A DNA stretch of 20,682 bases from UHGV virus genome UHGV-0140731. One strand, 5' to 3'. Within the stretch, counting starts at the first letter, position 1, and each line of letters opens with the position of its first letter. The DNA comes from a virus. A model generated the notes under the pieces. That model worked only from the letters and a program-made list of their open reading frames with translations, was not told the DNA's origin and did not search any database. Positions 17,690 to 20,682 of the stretch are shown one piece after another. A program made the position numbers and the translations under genes.

Positions 17690-17902
17690 TTGCAGCGATA
17701 TGTTTGTATTGGCTTCTGTGTATACATGATCAGCCGAAAAATGCTTGTTGATATCGACCGCAAAGAACGAGCAGAGGAGATCTTAGTATGGATTTTCTTT
17801 GGCGCGGTCTGGCCATTAGGGATCATGTTTGCTGCAACATTTCTTCTGATGTGGATATTCACCCTTCCAGGTGATTTCTATAGAAAAAAAGCCAGACATT
17901 GA
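17690..17902 (+). CDS. Small hydrophobic protein (possible two-TM membrane protein), hypothetical
   Basis: ORF with hydrophobic stretches (ILVWIFFGAVWPLGIMFAATFLLMWIF); no clear Shine-Dalgarno; could start at internal ATGs. Confidence 0.3.
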   Translation: MQRYVCIGFCVYMISRKMLVDIDRKERAEEILVWIFFGAVWPLGIMFAATFLLMWIFTLPGDFYRKKARH

Positions 17903-18099
17903 TACAATCGTTGCGGGTGCTTGAGGCTATCTGCTTCAGGCATTACCCGAAAAGCAGATAGAAGAAAGCCCCAGATAACATTACGCGTCCTGCAAGACGC
18001 TTAACATTAATCTGAGGCCAATTTCATGCTAGACACATGTAGGTTAGCCTCTTACGTGCCGAAAGGCACGGAGAAGCAGGCTATTGTTAACACCAAGCT

Positions 18100-19600
18100 G
18101 TAATGTCCCCTTTGAACCATTCTAAAATGTCCCCAGACAATTCTCTGGGGGATTTTTCATGATCAAAGAGACTGTTACGATGAGTCATAAGGAACTCCAC
18201 CGACTTCAGATTATTCAGGAACAAGCTGCGGCACGCATTGGCATTTCTATTCGGCAGGTTAAACGTCTGGTGCAACGGTATAGAAATGAAGGGCCTTCTG
18301 GTCTGGTTTCCCACCGACGTGGAAAGCGTCCTAATAATTCCTTTTCTACTGAATTCAGAGCAACAGTAATTTCACTCCTCAAAGGCCGTTACGCTGATTT
18401 TGGACCTACGTTTGCGTGCGAAAAATTGCGCGAGATACACGGTTTATCTTTATCCGTTGAAACTCTCAGAAAGTGGATGATAGAAGAGGGGTTATGGCGT
18501 GAACGCCGTCGTAAAATTGCCCGTATATATCAACGCCGCATGCGACGACCATCTTACGGTGAACTGATCCAGATTGATGGCTCACCTCATGACTGGTTTG
18601 AAAATCGAGGCCCCAGATGTACACTGATCGTTTTCATTGATGATGCCACCAGTGCGTTGATGGCGTTGCGTTTTGTGCCTGCTGAAACAACCCGGGCTTA
18701 CATGGAAACCCTCCGGGGTTACCTTAATGATCATGGCGTACCGCTCGCTCTCTACTCTGATAGACACAGTATATTCAGGGTAAATAACCCAGAGCGGGAA
18801 GGTGAGCTGACCCAGTTCACTCGTGCGATAAAGACACTGGGCATCGAGCCAATCCATGCCAACAGCCCGCAGGCAAAAGGGCGGGTAGAGCGCGCCAATC
18901 AGACACTACAGGACAGGCTGGTCAAAGAAATGCGGCTTCAGAATATCAGTGATATTGAAACAGCAAATGCATGGTTGCCGACCTTTATTGAAGCCTATAA
19001 CAACCGGTTCGCTACGTCGCCTCGTACTACTGATAATGCTCATCTTGATGTGCACCATTCTGAAGAGGAACTGGGTTATATCTTCAGCCTACAGGCGAAG
19101 CGCGTTCTGTCTAAAAATCTCACTTTCCAGTACAAAAGCAGTGCGTTTCAGGTACGCAGTGAGGGCCGGGGATATCGACTTAGGCATTCGGTTGTTACTG
19201 TATGCGAGAACTTTGACGGTGAAATTAACGTTCTGTATGACGGGAAAGCGCTGGGCTGGGAAAAGTATGTTGATGGCCCGGAGCCTATACCACCGGATGA
19301 TGAAAAGAGTGTCCATGAACGAGTGGATAATGCCCGTATTGATTTACGCTCAAAATACTATGTTAAACCTAAAGCTGACCATCCCTGGCTTACGCGCCGA
19401 ACGCAAAGTCATCAGCAAGTTAAGCCCCCGAAGTTACCTAAAAAGAAGCCTGATCCCGATAAAAAAGATTGAAACCAAGATCGATTCGGTTGAGTGCATA
19501 TCCATTCATAGGGTAGATTCTTAAGTCGCGTTTCTGGTGTTCATTTTCGGGTGGTTTGTTACTTGTTTTACCGGGGATATGCCAGAAACGCGCTGAGTCA
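18100..19600 (+). mobile_element. Insertion sequence carrying a DDE transposase (ends not defined)
   Basis: Single transposase ORF flanked by non-coding DNA; no clean terminal inverted repeats could be defined by eye, so boundaries are approximate. Confidence 0.3.
18159..19472 (+). CDS. DDE transposase (rve/integrase-core type; IS481- or ISNCY-like)
   Basis: 437-codon ORF with N-terminal HTH (IGISIRQVKRLVQRY) and catalytic-core motifs (LIQIDGS..., LYSDRHSIF, SPQAKGRVERANQTLQDRL); GGGGGA upstream of the ATG. Confidence 0.8.
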   Translation: MIKETVTMSHKELHRLQIIQEQAAARIGISIRQVKRLVQRYRNEGPSGLVSHRRGKRPNNSFSTEFRATVISLLKGRYADFGPTFACEKLREIHGLSLSVETLRKWMIEEGLWRERRRKIARIYQRRMRRPSYGELIQIDGSPHDWFENRGPRCTLIVFIDDATSALMALRFVPAETTRAYMETLRGYLNDHGVPLALYSDRHSIFRVNNPEREGELTQFTRAIKTLGIEPIHANSPQAKGRVERANQTLQDRLVKEMRLQNISDIETANAWLPTFIEAYNNRFATSPRTTDNAHLDVHHSEEELGYIFSLQAKRVLSKNLTFQYKSSAFQVRSEGRGYRLRHSVVTVCENFDGEINVLYDGKALGWEKYVDGPEPIPPDDEKSVHERVDNARIDLRSKYYVKPKADHPWLTRRTQSHQQVKPPKLPKKKPDPDKKD

Positions 19601-19908
19601 GTCTGGGCGGTGCGCGTAATGAGGCGTTATGGTAAATAGCCTATGCTAATGTCCGCTAAGAGCAAGAAGCGGAAGTTGGCAGTTTTGTGGACTGTCCCCA
19701 CAAAAGTGACTACAGAAATAGTTGCAATTCATAATTGATCATGGGTTGTCAGTTAAACTCGTGGCGATTTAAATAGACTAATTGGGAGGGCGTCCATTAC
19801 TTATATCTTGTAATGTTAACTATCAGAAATGATACAAAGATAATATGTCTTTAAAGAAAAGGCTGATGGCGAAAAGTGGCCCGATGAGGGCCACAATACG
19901 GCTGTCAC

Positions 19909-20241
19909 TTAGACGTAAATATCAATGGTGCCAGCGGTATTTGTATCGTCTTTTTTCTCTTCTTTTTTATCAGGCTGAACTGTCGCGTCTTCATTCTTTT
20001 TCTCTGCCTGCTGCCTTAACAACTGCTCCAGTTGAGCCCAGAGGCTTTCAATTTGCTTCTGTACCAATGCAGCCATTTCTTTTTTCTGCTGTGTCGTCAT
20101 CCCCTCTTCCGATGAGATTTTCCCAAGCTTTTCAGTCAGCACCTGAATTTGTCTTGTGATTTTGGCTATTTCTGATGTTCCTTCCGGGGCGGAGTTGTTT
20201 GAAATAACGGTTGAGGTATTTCCCTGAATTGTGACAGACAT
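19909..20241 (-). CDS. flxA: FlxA-like protein
   Basis: 110-codon ORF (MSVTIQGNTSTVISNNSAPEG...IDIYV) with AAGGAG upstream; size and sequence character match E. coli FlxA as I recall it; preceded by a near-consensus sigma28 promoter. Confidence 0.6.
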   Translation of the reverse strand: MSVTIQGNTSTVISNNSAPEGTSEIAKITRQIQVLTEKLGKISSEEGMTTQQKKEMAALVQKQIESLWAQLEQLLRQQAEKKNEDATVQPDKKEEKKDDTNTAGTIDIYV

Positions 20242-20264
20242 AGATTTCTCCTTTTAAAAAAGCA

Positions 20265-20291
20265 CTATCGGCATGCACAAAAAAATCTTTA
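20265..20291 (-). promoter_or_regulatory. sigma28 (FliA) promoter candidate for the flxA-like gene
   Basis: Minus strand reads TAAAGATT-N11-GCCGATAG, against the consensus TAAAGTTT-N11-GCCGATAA. Confidence 0.55.
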
Positions 20292-20372
20292 ATCGTATTT
20301 CTTGTGTCATTAATTGTTTGATGTTCAGATTGTTTTCCTCGCGGGCTGGCGCGCCTCAGAAAGTAAAGCTTG

Positions 20373-20400
20373 TTGACAGGGGTAAACGTTCGGCAATAAT
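20373..20400 (+). promoter_or_regulatory. sigma70 promoter candidate (TTGACA-16-AATAAT), divergent from flxA
   Basis: Perfect -35 hexamer at 20373-20378 and -10-like AATAAT at 20395-20400; the downstream target is unknown because the contig ends. Confidence 0.35.
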
Positions 20401-20654
20401 TTTCTGCCGCATGCGGGTGTTGCATAAAACGTGTTACGTTCCTTTATCGACAGGTCAGGTCACCGCTCACCCGCCGACGAGAAAGCAACACTGACATGCT
20501 AAAGCAAAAAATAGATGAATAAGTTGAGTTGTGCATATGTAGCCTGACCGTCACAAAGTATATGGTGTCTGTACCAGTAAGATGATGGCCGGACTCTTTA
20601 AAAACGAGCTGACCTGCACAATACAGGATGGACTTAGCAATGGCTGCTCCTGGC

Positions 20655-20682
20655 CTGTCTCTTATACACATCTCCGAGCCCA
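20655..20682. other. Illumina Nextera / Tn5 mosaic-end adapter sequence (contig-end artefact)
   Basis: Exact match to CTGTCTCTTATACACATCTCCGAGCCCA, the Nextera read-through adapter. Confidence 0.9.

Noticed and set aside
17925-18069. Inverted repeat ctatctgctt/aagcagatag (about 17925-17965) and hairpin cgtgcc-gaaa-ggcacg (18054-18069) between repL and the IS
   Set aside because: Plausible structures, but without T-tracts or repeated motif context I cannot assign a function; they could relate to IS ends or to a terminator.
18582-19524. ORFs 18582-18857 (-), 18949-19524 (+) and 19089-19316 (-) overlapping the transposase
   Set aside because: Alternative-frame or antisense ORFs inside the transposase gene; not independent genes.
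19845-20159. Plus-strand ORF antisense to the flxA-like gene
   Set aside because: Mirror ORF of the supported minus-strand gene, which has a Shine-Dalgarno and a sigma28 promoter.
20132-20671. ORFs 20132-20425 (-), 20273-20494 (+) and 20444-20671 (-)
   Set aside because: 20444-20671 starts inside the Nextera adapter (MCIRDR is the adapter translated); the others overlap the promoter region and lack translation signals.

Overview
The window reads as ~19.5 kb of a P1-like temperate phage or phage-plasmid, followed by an insertion sequence, a flxA-like gene and sequencing-adapter sequence at the contig end. All calls rest on reading the sequence and the supplied ORF track; no database search was run, and family assignments are from motif recognition and gene order. 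Minus strand, transcribed right to left: three AT-rich cargo genes (13608-11558), three unassigned structural genes (11404-9320), a 1124-aa Sit/tape-measure-like protein with a lytic transglycosylase domain (9238-5864), translationally coupled baseplate genes (5864-3242), a small tail protein, and a tail fiber (2713-1236). The most unusual feature is downstream of the tail fiber: a direct tandem array of at least three additional tail-collar tip cassettes (1195-722, 711-205, and a partial one at 194-1). Each has a conserved 5' box, a divergent core and a conserved 3' end, and none has an ATG or Shine-Dalgarno, which suggests silent receptor-binding cassettes. Plus strand: an immI-like module (C1-type operator, sigma70 promoter, candidate c4-like antisense RNA complementary to the icd ribosome-binding site, icd-like ORF coupled to ant), a terminator, a second operator, kilA and a repL-like gene, then a DDE transposase. 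The last 28 bases are Illumina Nextera adapter, so this is a draft contig end and repeat copy number in the cassette array should be confirmed with long reads.
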